From the NCBI GenBank assembly GCA_963675215.1, contig OY775914.1:3848149-3912148 (forward strand): DNA of 64,000 bases. The letters are read 5' to 3'. Below are positions 38,814 through 47,599 of this stretch, piece by piece (the first letter of the stretch is position 1; the number at the start of each line of letters is the position of its first letter). Both the position numbers and the translations under genes were made by a program. Source of the stretch: Bacteroidales bacterium (GTDB lineage Bacteria; Bacteroidota; Bacteroidia; Bacteroidales; GCA-2711565). The notes under the pieces were generated by a model. That model was given only the letters and a program-made list of their open reading frames with translations, did no database searches and had not been told where the DNA came from.

Positions 38814-39572
38814 TTAAAATCTTAGTGAAAGGCAGCTTAGGCCACCATCCAATTTTTGATATTCACTCATATCTAATTCAATTATTTTGAAACCAGCCTC
38901 AACATAACTCTTCTTCGCCATTTCAAATCCTTTGGCAATGAGCAAATAATCATTGATCAAAACACAATTTGCCGCATAAGCTTCATTTTCAGGAATACTT
39001 ATTTTATTAAATTGTTCAAATCCTGGCATCGATAATAAAGTTTCAATCATCACCAGCCGTTGATTTCCAATATAATTAATTCCGGTTTTAAGATGGAGCA
39101 TCTCACCTATTTCAACTACCGAAGCAGTGTAACCGTATTTTGTTAAAGAATTTGTTAGCTGAGCAGCGCCTTCTTTATTGGTTCGATCAGATAATCCGAT
39201 ATAAAAATGATTCTCAACGCGCATGATATCACCGCCATCTAACAATCCTGGAGATTTAATGTATTCAAGTTTACGATACTCTTTGAGCTTTGAAGCAATG
39301 CTGAGCTCCTCACCTCTTCTTCGTTCGTGGCCAGGTCTTGTTATAATTGCACATTTTTCTGTCACAATGGCCGTATCTTCAACAAATACGCTATCAGGAA
39401 ATTGCTGTTCAGGTTCAACTTCTATTAATTCCAATCCGCATTTTATAAGTGCTTCGCAATAAGCCTGGTGCTGAATTAACGCTTTTTTAAATTCTGGTTT
39501 ACCCAAATTGGCACTGGTTATTCCTTCAATTAACGACTCACTGGGCTTACGTACTAATGCATATTTAAACAT
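38814..39572 (-). CDS. Dimethylarginine dimethylaminohydrolase-like amidinotransferase-fold enzyme
   Basis: 252 aa with the FVEDTA segment and a C-terminal catalytic-Cys motif DGGLSCLSLRF, typical of the DDAH / arginine deiminase fold. Confidence 0.7.
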   Translation of the reverse strand: MFKYALVRKPSESLIEGITSANLGKPEFKKALIQHQAYCEALIKCGLELIEVEPEQQFPDSVFVEDTAIVTEKCAIITRPGHERRRGEELSIASKLKEYRKLEYIKSPGLLDGGDIMRVENHFYIGLSDRTNKEGAAQLTNSLTKYGYTASVVEIGEMLHLKTGINYIGNQRLVMIETLLSMPGFEQFNKISIPENEAYAANCVLINDYLLIAKGFEMAKKSYVEAGFKIIELDMSEYQKLDGGLSCLSLRF

Positions 39573-39629
39573 ATCCTGGTTTTTGACTCAAAAGTAGAAA
39601 AAGAAGACGGAATTATTTTTATATTTTTT

Positions 39630-39659
39630 CAATTTTTTGTTTTGTGAAACAAAAAATTG
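39630..39659. repeat. Perfect 13-bp inverted repeat (CAATTTTTTGTTT-tgtg-AAACAAAAAATTG)
   Basis: Read directly from the sequence. It lies between the divergent DDAH-like gene and tRNA-Asp and overlaps the putative -33 element of the tRNA promoter. Confidence 0.6.
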
Positions 39660-39670
39660 AATTATCTTTG
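39641..39670 (+). promoter_or_regulatory. Candidate Bacteroidota promoter for tRNA-Asp (-33 TTTG, -7 TATCTTTG)
   Basis: TTTG at 39641-39644, an 18-nt spacer, then TATCTTTG at 39663-39670. The tRNA starts at 39714. Confidence 0.45.
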
Positions 39671-39713
39671 CCCGCTCTAAGCAGCGATGTTAAGATGTTC
39701 TTTACATTAAATT

Positions 39714-39788
39714 GGTCTGGTAGTTCAGTCTGGTTAGAATACGTGCCTGTCACGCACGGGGTCGCGGGTTCGAGTCCCGTCCAGACCG
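39714..39788 (+). tRNA. tRNA-Asp (anticodon GUC)
   Basis: GGTCTGGTAGTTCAGTCTGGTTAGAATACGTGCCTGTCACGCACGGGGTCGCGGGTTCGAGTCCCGTCCAGACCG. The anticodon loop is CCTGTCACG, and the sequence is very close to E. coli tRNA-Asp. Confidence 0.93.
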
Positions 39789-39828
39789 CAAAAAAAGGTT
39801 CTTAATTGAAAAATTAAGAACCTTTTTT
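39789..39828. terminator. Bidirectional intrinsic terminator shared by tRNA-Asp (+) and cysK (-)
   Basis: A 13-bp perfect stem AAGGTTCTTAATT-gaaa-AATTAAGAACCTT, flanked by an A-run on the left and a T-run on the right. Confidence 0.75.
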
Positions 39829-39890
39829 ATTATCAACACTTAACTTATTATATGAATTGCCGTTTTTACTGTTCATGTAGTAAATTAAGA

Positions 39891-40799
39891 TTATTCAAAC
39901 AATCCATTGACAGATAAGTACCGATCCCCTCTATCGTAAGAAACAGTAAGAATGATCTTACCTTTTATCTCATTCGCCATTTTTGAAATTGCAGCAAGTG
40001 AAGCTCCTGTTGAAATCCCTACAAATAATCCTTCCAATTTTGCAGCTTTTTTGCAAAATTCATACGCTTCTTCATTAGTAACCGCAATTGAATCATCGAT
40101 TACAGACAAATCCAGATTATCAGGGATGAAACCTGCTCCGATGCCTTGGATTGCATGAGGACCAGGAATCCCACCTCCAATCACATTTGAAGTAAAGGGT
40201 TCAACTGCGATAGTTTTAAGCTGAGGGAATTTCCTTTTTAGTGTTTTCGAAATCCCTGAAATATGCCCACCAGTTCCAACTCCTGTGATGAAATAATCAA
40301 TCCCTTGCTCAAAATCATGAATAATTTCAACCGCAGTTTTTTCAACATGAATTTGTGGATTCGCTTTGTTCTTAAATTGCATCGGCATCCAGGACGTTCC
40401 TTCCAATAATAATTCTTCCGCTTTCCGAATGGCACCATTCATCCCTTCAGTTTTTGGAGTTAGAACCAATTCTGCGCCATAAGCTTTCAATATGTTTCTC
40501 CTTTCTATCGACATTGAATCTGGCATCACCAGCACTAAATCATACCCTTTTACAGCTGCAACCATTGCGAGTCCAATTCCCGTATTTCCTGAGGTGGGCT
40601 CAATAATTCGCATTCCTTTTTTTAATATTTCTTCTTTTTCAGCAGCTTCAATCATGGCCAATGCAATTCGGTCTTTAATACTTCCTCCTGGATTTAGATG
40701 TTCCAGTTTTATCCACACATTCATTTCCTTATCGAATAGATTATTGATTTTCACAACCGGAGTATGTCCAATTGCTTTTAAAATATTTTCTGTTTTCAT
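39891..40799 (-). CDS. cysK: Cysteine synthase A (O-acetylserine sulfhydrylase)
   Basis: 302 aa with the PLP-lysine motif NPGGSIKDR, plus [10 protein letters not shown] and GTGGHISG. Confidence 0.92.
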   Translation of the reverse strand: MKTENILKAIGHTPVVKINNLFDKEMNVWIKLEHLNPGGSIKDRIALAMIEAAEKEEILKKGMRIIEPTSGNTGIGLAMVAAVKGYDLVLVMPDSMSIERRNILKAYGAELVLTPKTEGMNGAIRKAEELLLEGTSWMPMQFKNKANPQIHVEKTAVEIIHDFEQGIDYFITGVGTGGHISGISKTLKRKFPQLKTIAVEPFTSNVIGGGIPGPHAIQGIGAGFIPDNLDLSVIDDSIAVTNEEAYEFCKKAAKLEGLFVGISTGASLAAISKMANEIKGKIILTVSYDRGDRYLSVNGLFE

Positions 40800-40877
40800 G
40801 TGTAATTTTATTTATAAATTGATGGGATAAAATCCATATTTGATTTTTTCTTATATTTTTATAAGAAAATGCTCACC

Positions 40878-41717
40878 TTAGATATAATAAATATTGTTTT
40901 TCTGTGGATTTAATTTATTCCCATTTTTTTGTTTGATTTGAACTTTATGACTATGTGTTACCAATGAGTTTGGAACAACACTTTCAACCACCCATACATT
41001 ACCTCCAATAACCGAATTTTTACCTACAATGGTATTCCCTCCTAAAATAGAAGCACCAGCATAAATGGTCACATGATCCTGAATATTGGGGTGGCGAACA
41101 CCTGTATTGTTTTTACTACTTACACTTAATGCTCCAATGGTTACCCCTTGATAAATCTTAACATGATTCCCAATTTTAGCCGTCTCACCAATAACAACAC
41201 CAGTACCATGATCAATCGAAAAAGAATGTCCGATTACAGCTGAAGGATGAATATCAATCCCTGTTTTACCATGTGCATATTCTGATATTATACGTGGGAT
41301 TAAGGGAACCTCTAGCAGATCAAGCTCATGGGCTAAACGATAAATGCAAATGGCCCAAAAGCCCGGATAAGAGAGCACCACTTCTTCAATGGATTTGGCT
41401 GCCGGATCACCCTCATATATCGCTTGAGCGTCTGTTAACAGCAAACTGTAAACTTCCGGAAGGCGATTCATAAAATGCCGACTAACATCTTGTGCTGTGT
41501 CTACATTATACCTCATCGGAATTAACAACTCAACTAATTGTTGTTGTATTTTCTCAAATTTCGATTCTGCCTTTTCGCAATGATTCTCTGAAAGCACAGG
41601 AAATAAAAACTTCGATAAATTTTCGGTAAAAGCAATGCTTTTGGTTACCGATGGCAACTTCCCTTTTACATTCTTCCGGAACTGCCCAATTTGATTAAAA
41701 AAATCTTTCTTATCCAT
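40878..41717 (-). CDS. cysE: Serine O-acetyltransferase
   Basis: 279 aa. An N-terminal helical domain is followed by left-handed beta-helix hexapeptide repeats (IDIHPSAVIGHSFSIDHGTGVVIGETAKIGNHVKIYQGVTIG). Confidence 0.88.
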   Translation of the reverse strand: MDKKDFFNQIGQFRKNVKGKLPSVTKSIAFTENLSKFLFPVLSENHCEKAESKFEKIQQQLVELLIPMRYNVDTAQDVSRHFMNRLPEVYSLLLTDAQAIYEGDPAAKSIEEVVLSYPGFWAICIYRLAHELDLLEVPLIPRIISEYAHGKTGIDIHPSAVIGHSFSIDHGTGVVIGETAKIGNHVKIYQGVTIGALSVSSKNNTGVRHPNIQDHVTIYAGASILGGNTIVGKNSVIGGNVWVVESVVPNSLVTHSHKVQIKQKNGNKLNPQKNNIYYI

Positions 41718-41731
41718 CTTATATTTTATTC

Positions 41732-41761
41732 AAAAAAAAAGACCCTGAATTTCAGGGCCTC
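41732..41761 (-). terminator. Strong intrinsic terminator 14 nt upstream of the cysE start codon
   Basis: The minus-strand RNA reads AGGCCCUGA-aau-UCAGGGUCU, followed by nine U. It lies about 155 nt after the M14 stop and immediately before the cysE ATG. Confidence 0.75.
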
Positions 41762-41794
41762 TAATAAATATTATGTTTAACTACAAAAATTACA

Positions 41795-41866
41795 TCATAT
41801 CATAACCCATCTTTTTATAAAAGGGTTCCAACAACAATAATAAAAATTTGGGTTGCTATTTTTCAT
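41795..41866 (-). promoter_or_regulatory. Candidate 23-codon leader peptide ORF with tandem Cys codons (MKNSNPNFYYCCWNPFIKRWVMI*)
   Basis: ATG at 41866-41864, TGT TGT at 41836-41831, TGA at 41797-41795. It lies between a promoter-like box and the terminator that precedes cysE-cysK. Confidence 0.35.
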
Positions 41867-41870
41867 CTCG

Positions 41871-41901
41871 CAAAATTAGGGTTATTTTTAATTCAAGCAA
41901 A
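41871..41901 (-). promoter_or_regulatory. Candidate Bacteroidota promoter (-33 TTTG, -7 TAATTTTG) for the cysE leader
   Basis: On the minus strand: TTTG (41901-41898), a 19-nt spacer, then TAATTTTG (41878-41871). Confidence 0.4.
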
Positions 41902-41914
41902 TGTTTATTTCAAA

Positions 41915-44470
41915 CTAAATTATATTTCCGAAGAATACCGCATTAGCAAATACCTTATTCGTCCCGTACCAAATACCTCTAAAATTGGTATTATCCATGA
42001 TGGAAATCACAATTCCTGTTCCAATTTTATGGGTTGAAATAAAAGCAGCACCTTTTATTCTCTCATGGTTTTCATCCGAACAAAAACCACTTTTCAAAGG
42101 GTCTTTTGTGTATCTGAAAGGAGAATTATAAGGATCTTTTGTTAACTCGGCAACCATTGTTCCGGTTTTAAATACCGAAAGGATTTCACGTTTATAACCA
42201 AAGGCAAGCGGATGAGAAAGATCCATTTCAACTTCGAAAATGGCTCCATTAATGGCTTGAGAATTTGCGTCTGAACTTTTTTTATCATATTTCGGCCATT
42301 CATCGGTTAACTTAACATTTTCCTTAAATTCTTGTTCAAGCTTCATTACTTTGTTTACCCATTGGGTTGCGTTTTTGTATGCAATAAAATTTCCTCCATC
42401 CGCAACCCAAGTTCTGATTTTACTTACTTGCGATTCATGAATATCGTTATAGGTTCCTCCCGGTAAAATAAGTGTATTGTAAGCATTTAAATCTATACTA
42501 CTTAATCTTGAGGTTGGTAGTAAGGTGATCGGTGTCGCATATCTTGTATCAAACAAATGCCAGATTTCTCCCGCATCCGAACTATTTGTTCCGCCTTCAA
42601 CTAACAATAAGATCTCTGGTTTTTGCAGTACCACAAAATCGCTACTTCCAATGTCAATCCCGGCGTCAACCCATGAAGTTTTCAATCCGTATATATCTAA
42701 TCCATCTCGTTTTGCAATTTTCGAAAGCATTGCTTTAATTTCTTCAAGACTCATTTTCTGGTGCTCGACCGGGATTTGAATACTTCCGTAGTCGAAATCA
42801 ACGCGAACAGATTCAGCTCTATATTTAAAGGGACGTTTTGCAACCTTAACTACCAGCCCATTATCTAACAATTCCGATACAGCGCGCGGGGCATAATATT
42901 CATCCCAGGCAAAAACCCAGGCAACCGGATCATCTGATCCCGTTACCTTTCCTTCATAAAACTCAACTTCATCCAAACCTACCCCAGCTATTTGCTTTAC
43001 AGTTTTATCATTTTTTATTTCTGCAAATGGAATATTAAAAGACATAGGAAAATTCCATGTAGAAACATCATAAAAAGTCACATCTTTAAAATACCGTGCT
43101 TTTTCGAATAATGATTTGAGTAATAAATAGTTTTTCTGCTTACAAACAACGATATAAGAATTATCTTTTCCAAAATGATTTGTACCATCTACATAGTCTT
43201 CTTTAAGTTGATGAACTTCAATTTGATGTCTTTTCAGCAAATCCAAAAATTCAGAAGTTTTTCTTTTATCTGTTGATTCACCAAAAACATAAGCCTTAAC
43301 TTCATCTTTATCAGCTTCTTTAAGTGCGATATTATAAAATTCTTTCTGATGATTAAGGAGTTCATTTTTGTTCAACAAAGCTGCTTCAATTGTTGATTGA
43401 ACAACTGTGAACTGATTTTTAATGGTGTATGGAAAATCTATTACGCCATTATTTCCAGCTCTTTTAAAACCTCTTAAACTCGTTTGTTCAAATAAAATAC
43501 CAATGCCTCCATTAATATCCGGATAGGAAGAACCTTTTCCAAAATAGAAATCATCAAACACTTCCTCCGAAAAATACAAGGTTTTTATATTATCGAGGTA
43601 ACTTGCATGATAGGAACCAATTTTTTTTGTAAGCTCATAATTTTTCGTAGGCGTTAAGGGGTTGTTTCTACTTGGCACTCCAGGCTGAAAAAAGAAGGTA
43701 GAATTAGCACCCATTTCATGATGATCAGTCACCACATTGGGCAACCACTCATGAAGTCTTTCAACCCTGCCTCTGCTTTCAGGATGTGCAAGTAATAAGT
43801 AATCTCTATTCAAATCAAACCAATAGTGATTGGTACGCCCACCCGGCCAAGTTTCATTATAAATCCTACTGTTGGCATCGCTTAAATCCGCTTTACTTTT
43901 ATTCGCATTAACCCAGGATGCATGTCGATTAAATCCATCAGGGTTTAATGCAGGGTCGAGAATAATTACAGCATTTTCTAAAAGCTTATCGATTTCGGCT
44001 CCTTCAGCTGCAGCCAAATAATAAGCAGTTAACATGGCTGAATTTGCACCACTTGGTTCATTCCCATGCACGGTATTACCCAGAAGAATAACCACAGGCA
44101 TATCGTCAACATTAATGTCCTTGGAAATTTCAGGATAAGATAATTTTTTATGCTCGGCCTTAATTTGCTCCAGATTTCTTTGATTTTTTGGAGATGTAAA
44201 GATTAGCTGAATCAAAGGCCGGTTCTCATGACTCCTGGCATATTCTTTAAATATAACCCGATCAGAAACGCTGGAAATCGTCTTCATGTACTCAACCAGT
44301 TTATCATGACTTACCATCCACTCTCCCACCTGAAAACCAGCAATTGATTCCGGTGTTGGGATAGATTGGTTATAACTTACATTATTGGGCAAATAATAAT
44401 CTAAACTGATTTGCGCCTGGGTTAAAACGGCAAATAAAACTGCCACAAAAAATAAAATTATTTTCTTCAT
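41915..44470 (-). CDS. Large secreted M14-family zinc carboxypeptidase
   Basis: 851 aa with a signal peptide (LTQAQ) and the zinc motif HGNEPSG, followed by a long C-terminal extension. Confidence 0.82.
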   Translation of the reverse strand: MKKIILFFVAVLFAVLTQAQISLDYYLPNNVSYNQSIPTPESIAGFQVGEWMVSHDKLVEYMKTISSVSDRVIFKEYARSHENRPLIQLIFTSPKNQRNLEQIKAEHKKLSYPEISKDINVDDMPVVILLGNTVHGNEPSGANSAMLTAYYLAAAEGAEIDKLLENAVIILDPALNPDGFNRHASWVNANKSKADLSDANSRIYNETWPGGRTNHYWFDLNRDYLLLAHPESRGRVERLHEWLPNVVTDHHEMGANSTFFFQPGVPSRNNPLTPTKNYELTKKIGSYHASYLDNIKTLYFSEEVFDDFYFGKGSSYPDINGGIGILFEQTSLRGFKRAGNNGVIDFPYTIKNQFTVVQSTIEAALLNKNELLNHQKEFYNIALKEADKDEVKAYVFGESTDKRKTSEFLDLLKRHQIEVHQLKEDYVDGTNHFGKDNSYIVVCKQKNYLLLKSLFEKARYFKDVTFYDVSTWNFPMSFNIPFAEIKNDKTVKQIAGVGLDEVEFYEGKVTGSDDPVAWVFAWDEYYAPRAVSELLDNGLVVKVAKRPFKYRAESVRVDFDYGSIQIPVEHQKMSLEEIKAMLSKIAKRDGLDIYGLKTSWVDAGIDIGSSDFVVLQKPEILLLVEGGTNSSDAGEIWHLFDTRYATPITLLPTSRLSSIDLNAYNTLILPGGTYNDIHESQVSKIRTWVADGGNFIAYKNATQWVNKVMKLEQEFKENVKLTDEWPKYDKKSSDANSQAINGAIFEVEMDLSHPLAFGYKREILSVFKTGTMVAELTKDPYNSPFRYTKDPLKSGFCSDENHERIKGAAFISTHKIGTGIVISIMDNTNFRGIWYGTNKVFANAVFFGNII

Positions 44471-44773
44471 GAGTTAAATTTAAGATGAGCTGCTAAAGCA
44501 TTATAATCTAACAAGAACATATAAACTTGTACTTTCTAGATAATGACAGTTAAACATCTGCTAATTACAAATTTGAAAGTTCGAATTTATTAAAATTACT
44601 GACCCATACCGGGTTCGTATCTAATTATTTAATTTTATAAATAATAAAATAGATAAAACTTACATTATGCTATATCAAATGACCATTAAATAACGATTTG
44701 TAAGAATTAGTATTTGCATAGGGTAAATTTATGTAGAAGTAATCATTTATAATTAACCTTAATCTTCCTAATT

Positions 44774-46471
44774 ATGAAACTTAAAAAATTCAAATTATTT
44801 ATTTTAACGATTTCTATTCTTCTATCAAACTCCTTGTTTTCACAGGAAATTTTCACCGCAATTATGCAGGGAGACATAACAAAAACAAAAGAGTTGATTG
44901 AATTTGATTCTTTAAATGTCATCACAAAAAACGCTCGAGGCTTTGCACCCATTCATTTTGCAGCCAATTTTAAACAATTTGAGATCACAAAACTCTTGGT
45001 TGAAAACGGAGCTAATCCTTTTGAGCTTGGCACATTCGGCCGTCAGCCCATCCATTGGGCTGCCGCAGGAGGAAGTTACGAAACCCTCAAATGGTTGCAT
45101 GGAGTTGGCGCCGATTTAAATGCCAAAGATGAAACAGGCAAAACCCCTATTTATCTGGCAGCTACCCGAGGACACAAAGAAAATGTAGCTTATTTACTTT
45201 CTCAAAATGTGGATGTTCAGACTTCAGGTGATGGTGCCTTTGAATTGCTATATTTCTCAATCACAATGGGTCATCAAGGTATTATTTCGAGATTCCTTGA
45301 ATCAGATTTTGACCTGAAGGAAGTTTCAAAAGATGGTACTACTTTGTTAATGGCTGCTGCCTTGGTTGGAAATTCAAACTTAATTTCAACACTTGTTAAC
45401 GAAGGCTTATCTATTAATAAGCTTAATGATTTTGGTGAATGTGCGCTTCATCTTTCTATCATCAATAAGCATTTTGATGCGATGAAAAAACTGATTGAAC
45501 TCGGGGCTGATATTCATATCAAAAACTATATTGGTGAAAATGCCTTGAGTTTTGCTGAAAATATTGAAACGAAAGAATTTGCAAATTATCTCTTATCGAA
45601 AGGTGCAAATGATTCAGAAAAACCTGAACTTAAAGGGAAATATCCTGATTTTAATAATCCTCCAGGACTTATCCCAGAACTTCTAGCACCGAGCTTAATT
45701 TCAACTTCTGATTTTGAAGAACGGGATGTTATGTTCTCACCAGATTTTAAAGAATTTTATTTTACTAAATATTCACGCACCCAACAGATACCAATGACTG
45801 TTCATATAATGAAGCGAGATAATGGGGAGTGGTCAAAACCGGAACCTACCGGTTTCTCTGGCAAATTTAATGCTGCAGAATGTTTCATTACCAGTGACAA
45901 TAAAAACCTGTACTTCATTTCACAGCGCTCGCAAGATGGAGCCGAAGTGCCATCTCCGTGGGAAATTTGGATTGCTGACAGAATTAACGGTGATTGGGAT
46001 AACTTCAGGTTATTTGACACAACTCAGTTAAAAGGATGTTTTTACCCAAGTATTACCAAAAACGGAGAGCTTCTTTATACAGGAGTTGGAAATGATCTTT
46101 TCTTATCAAAAATAACAGATGGGAAAGTCACTAATCTTCAAAAATTAGGACCCGAAATTAATACAAAAGATGGCGAGTACAATGCGATGATTTCGCCTAA
46201 TGGAGATTATATCATTTTCACATCTCACGGTTTTGAAGACCATTACGGAGGTGGTGACCTTTATATCAGTTTTAGAAAAGATGATGATAGTTGGACGCCA
46301 TCCATCAATATGGGAGCTGAAATAAATACTGAAGCAACCGAGTATTGCCCTAATGTTTCGCCCGATGAAAAATATTTTTTCTTTACCAGTAATAAAAAAG
46401 GAACCGAAGATATTTATTGGGTAGATGCGGCTATTATCGAACCTTTAAGGCTCAAGTCATTCAATAAATAA
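44774..46471 (+). CDS. Secreted ankyrin-repeat / PD40 (TolB-like beta-propeller) fusion protein
   Basis: 565 aa with a signal peptide (SNSLFSQE). It has about 6-7 ANK repeats (G-x-xPIH-AA..G....-LL..GA pattern, residues about 50-290). The C-terminal half carries PD40-like repeats (EINT..GEYNAMISPNGDYIIFTS, EINTEATEYCPNVSPDEKYFFFTS). Confidence 0.8.
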   Translation: MKLKKFKLFILTISILLSNSLFSQEIFTAIMQGDITKTKELIEFDSLNVITKNARGFAPIHFAANFKQFEITKLLVENGANPFELGTFGRQPIHWAAAGGSYETLKWLHGVGADLNAKDETGKTPIYLAATRGHKENVAYLLSQNVDVQTSGDGAFELLYFSITMGHQGIISRFLESDFDLKEVSKDGTTLLMAAALVGNSNLISTLVNEGLSINKLNDFGECALHLSIINKHFDAMKKLIELGADIHIKNYIGENALSFAENIETKEFANYLLSKGANDSEKPELKGKYPDFNNPPGLIPELLAPSLISTSDFEERDVMFSPDFKEFYFTKYSRTQQIPMTVHIMKRDNGEWSKPEPTGFSGKFNAAECFITSDNKNLYFISQRSQDGAEVPSPWEIWIADRINGDWDNFRLFDTTQLKGCFYPSITKNGELLYTGVGNDLFLSKITDGKVTNLQKLGPEINTKDGEYNAMISPNGDYIIFTSHGFEDHYGGGDLYISFRKDDDSWTPSINMGAEINTEATEYCPNVSPDEKYFFFTSNKKGTEDIYWVDAAIIEPLRLKSFNK

Positions 46472-46568
46472 ATTTTCAGGATTTTAGAATAATTATAAGT
46501 AGTTGTGAAACAATTATCTGCGTAAAAAACAGACAAACCGCACTTTATAAAAAAGCATTTTTATTCTG

Positions 46569-46609
46569 TAACCCCTTCTGGGTAATACCGGTCGGGGTTA
46601 GTATTTTTT
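46569..46609 (+). terminator. Probable intrinsic terminator after the ANK-PD40 gene
   Basis: TAACCCC ... GGGGTTA stem with an 18-nt loop, followed by GTATTTTTT. Confidence 0.45.
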
Positions 46610-46651
46610 ATTTAATTAAATTTCTCAATAATACAGGACGAGAAATAATAA

Positions 46652-46659
46652 TACCTTTG
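46652..46659 (+). promoter_or_regulatory. Candidate -7 promoter box (TACCTTTG) upstream of the MORN gene
   Basis: Matches TAnnTTTG, 23 nt before the ATG at 46682. Confidence 0.4.
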
Positions 46660-46681
46660 CATTTCAATAACACTTTTTTCG

Positions 46682-47374
46682 ATGATGCATTACTATTCTT
46701 TGATTCTAATCATACTTCTACCACTTTTTACGCTTGGTCAGGATACCGATCCCTGCAAAGTATTGGTTCCAAATCTGGAGGGCAAATACAGTGGCGAATG
46801 CAAAAATAACTTAGCTGATGGACAAGGCACGGCGCGTGGCATACATATTTATGAGGGCGAATTCGATAAAGGGTATCCTCATGGAGAAGGGAAATACATC
46901 TGGGCAGGTAATGATTATTATGTCGGTACTTTTAAAAAAGGCAAGCGAAGCGGATATGGCAAACATTATTTGATCATTGACGATAAACGTATTTTTAGTG
47001 ATGGCTATTGGGAAAACGATGCTTACATCGGGAAAGAAAAAAAAGCACGTAGTTATTCAACAGAGATAAAAACCGGTATCAATCATGTTTTTTATACTTA
47101 TAAAGGTACTAACGACGGTTCCAACGAAATTATGATACAATTTAAAAAAAGTGAGAATGGATCAAAAGCTATGATTTCAGACACTTCAATTAAGAATTCA
47201 AGTGGAAATTTGATTGATCATGAAGAAAAATACGGTTTTGAAAATGTTATATTTCCTTTTACTGCAAACGTGAGTTTTAATGTAGCAAACAAAAATAAAG
47301 CTACAATCAACTTGGCTACTCTTAATTTTAAAATTATGAAACAAGGAAACTGGGATGTAATTGTTTATTTTTAA
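46682..47374 (+). CDS. Secreted MORN-repeat protein
   Basis: 230 aa with a signal peptide (LFTLGQD). Has tandem YxGxxxxGxxxGxG repeats (YSGECKNNLADGQG, YEGEFDKGYPHGEG, YVGTFKKGKRSGYG). Confidence 0.72.
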   Translation: MMHYYSLILIILLPLFTLGQDTDPCKVLVPNLEGKYSGECKNNLADGQGTARGIHIYEGEFDKGYPHGEGKYIWAGNDYYVGTFKKGKRSGYGKHYLIIDDKRIFSDGYWENDAYIGKEKKARSYSTEIKTGINHVFYTYKGTNDGSNEIMIQFKKSENGSKAMISDTSIKNSSGNLIDHEEKYGFENVIFPFTANVSFNVANKNKATINLATLNFKIMKQGNWDVIVYF

Positions 47375-47543
47375 TTTCCGAATTAAATGTTTTACCAATA
47401 AATATCCCATATTTTTTCTTTTTAAATCTTTTTATTCATCCCATTATTTATTTGAAGAAGCCAGAAGATTATGGTTAATCAAAATAGAAAGTTATTGAGT
47501 GAATTAATATTTCATAAAAATTTTGATGAATAATAAATTTATG

Positions 47544-47551
47544 TATCTTTG
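47544..47551 (+). promoter_or_regulatory. Candidate -7 promoter box (TATCTTTG) upstream of rpsT
   Basis: Matches TAnnTTTG, 48 nt before the ATG. Confidence 0.45.
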
Positions 47552-47599
47552 CAGCCCAAAATTCACGGAGAGATAACCATTTAATAACAGAAAAATAGT

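Noticed and set aside
41718-41880. A known riboswitch (SAM-I, SAM-II, SAM/SAH) or T-box in the cysE leader.
   Set aside because: I could not find the conserved SAM-I core, a T-box sequence, or a specifier-loop architecture by eye, and the leader is very AT-rich. A short leader peptide plus terminator fits better. An Rfam scan would settle this.
44561-44710. An imperfect inverted repeat (CTAATTACAAAT ... ATTTGTAAGAATTAG) spanning about 150 nt of the 303-nt region upstream of the ANK-PD40 gene, considered as an invertible promoter.
   Set aside because: The arms are interrupted by a 3-nt bulge and are AT-rich. No TAnnTTTG box lies inside the segment in either orientation. No site-specific recombinase gene is nearby.
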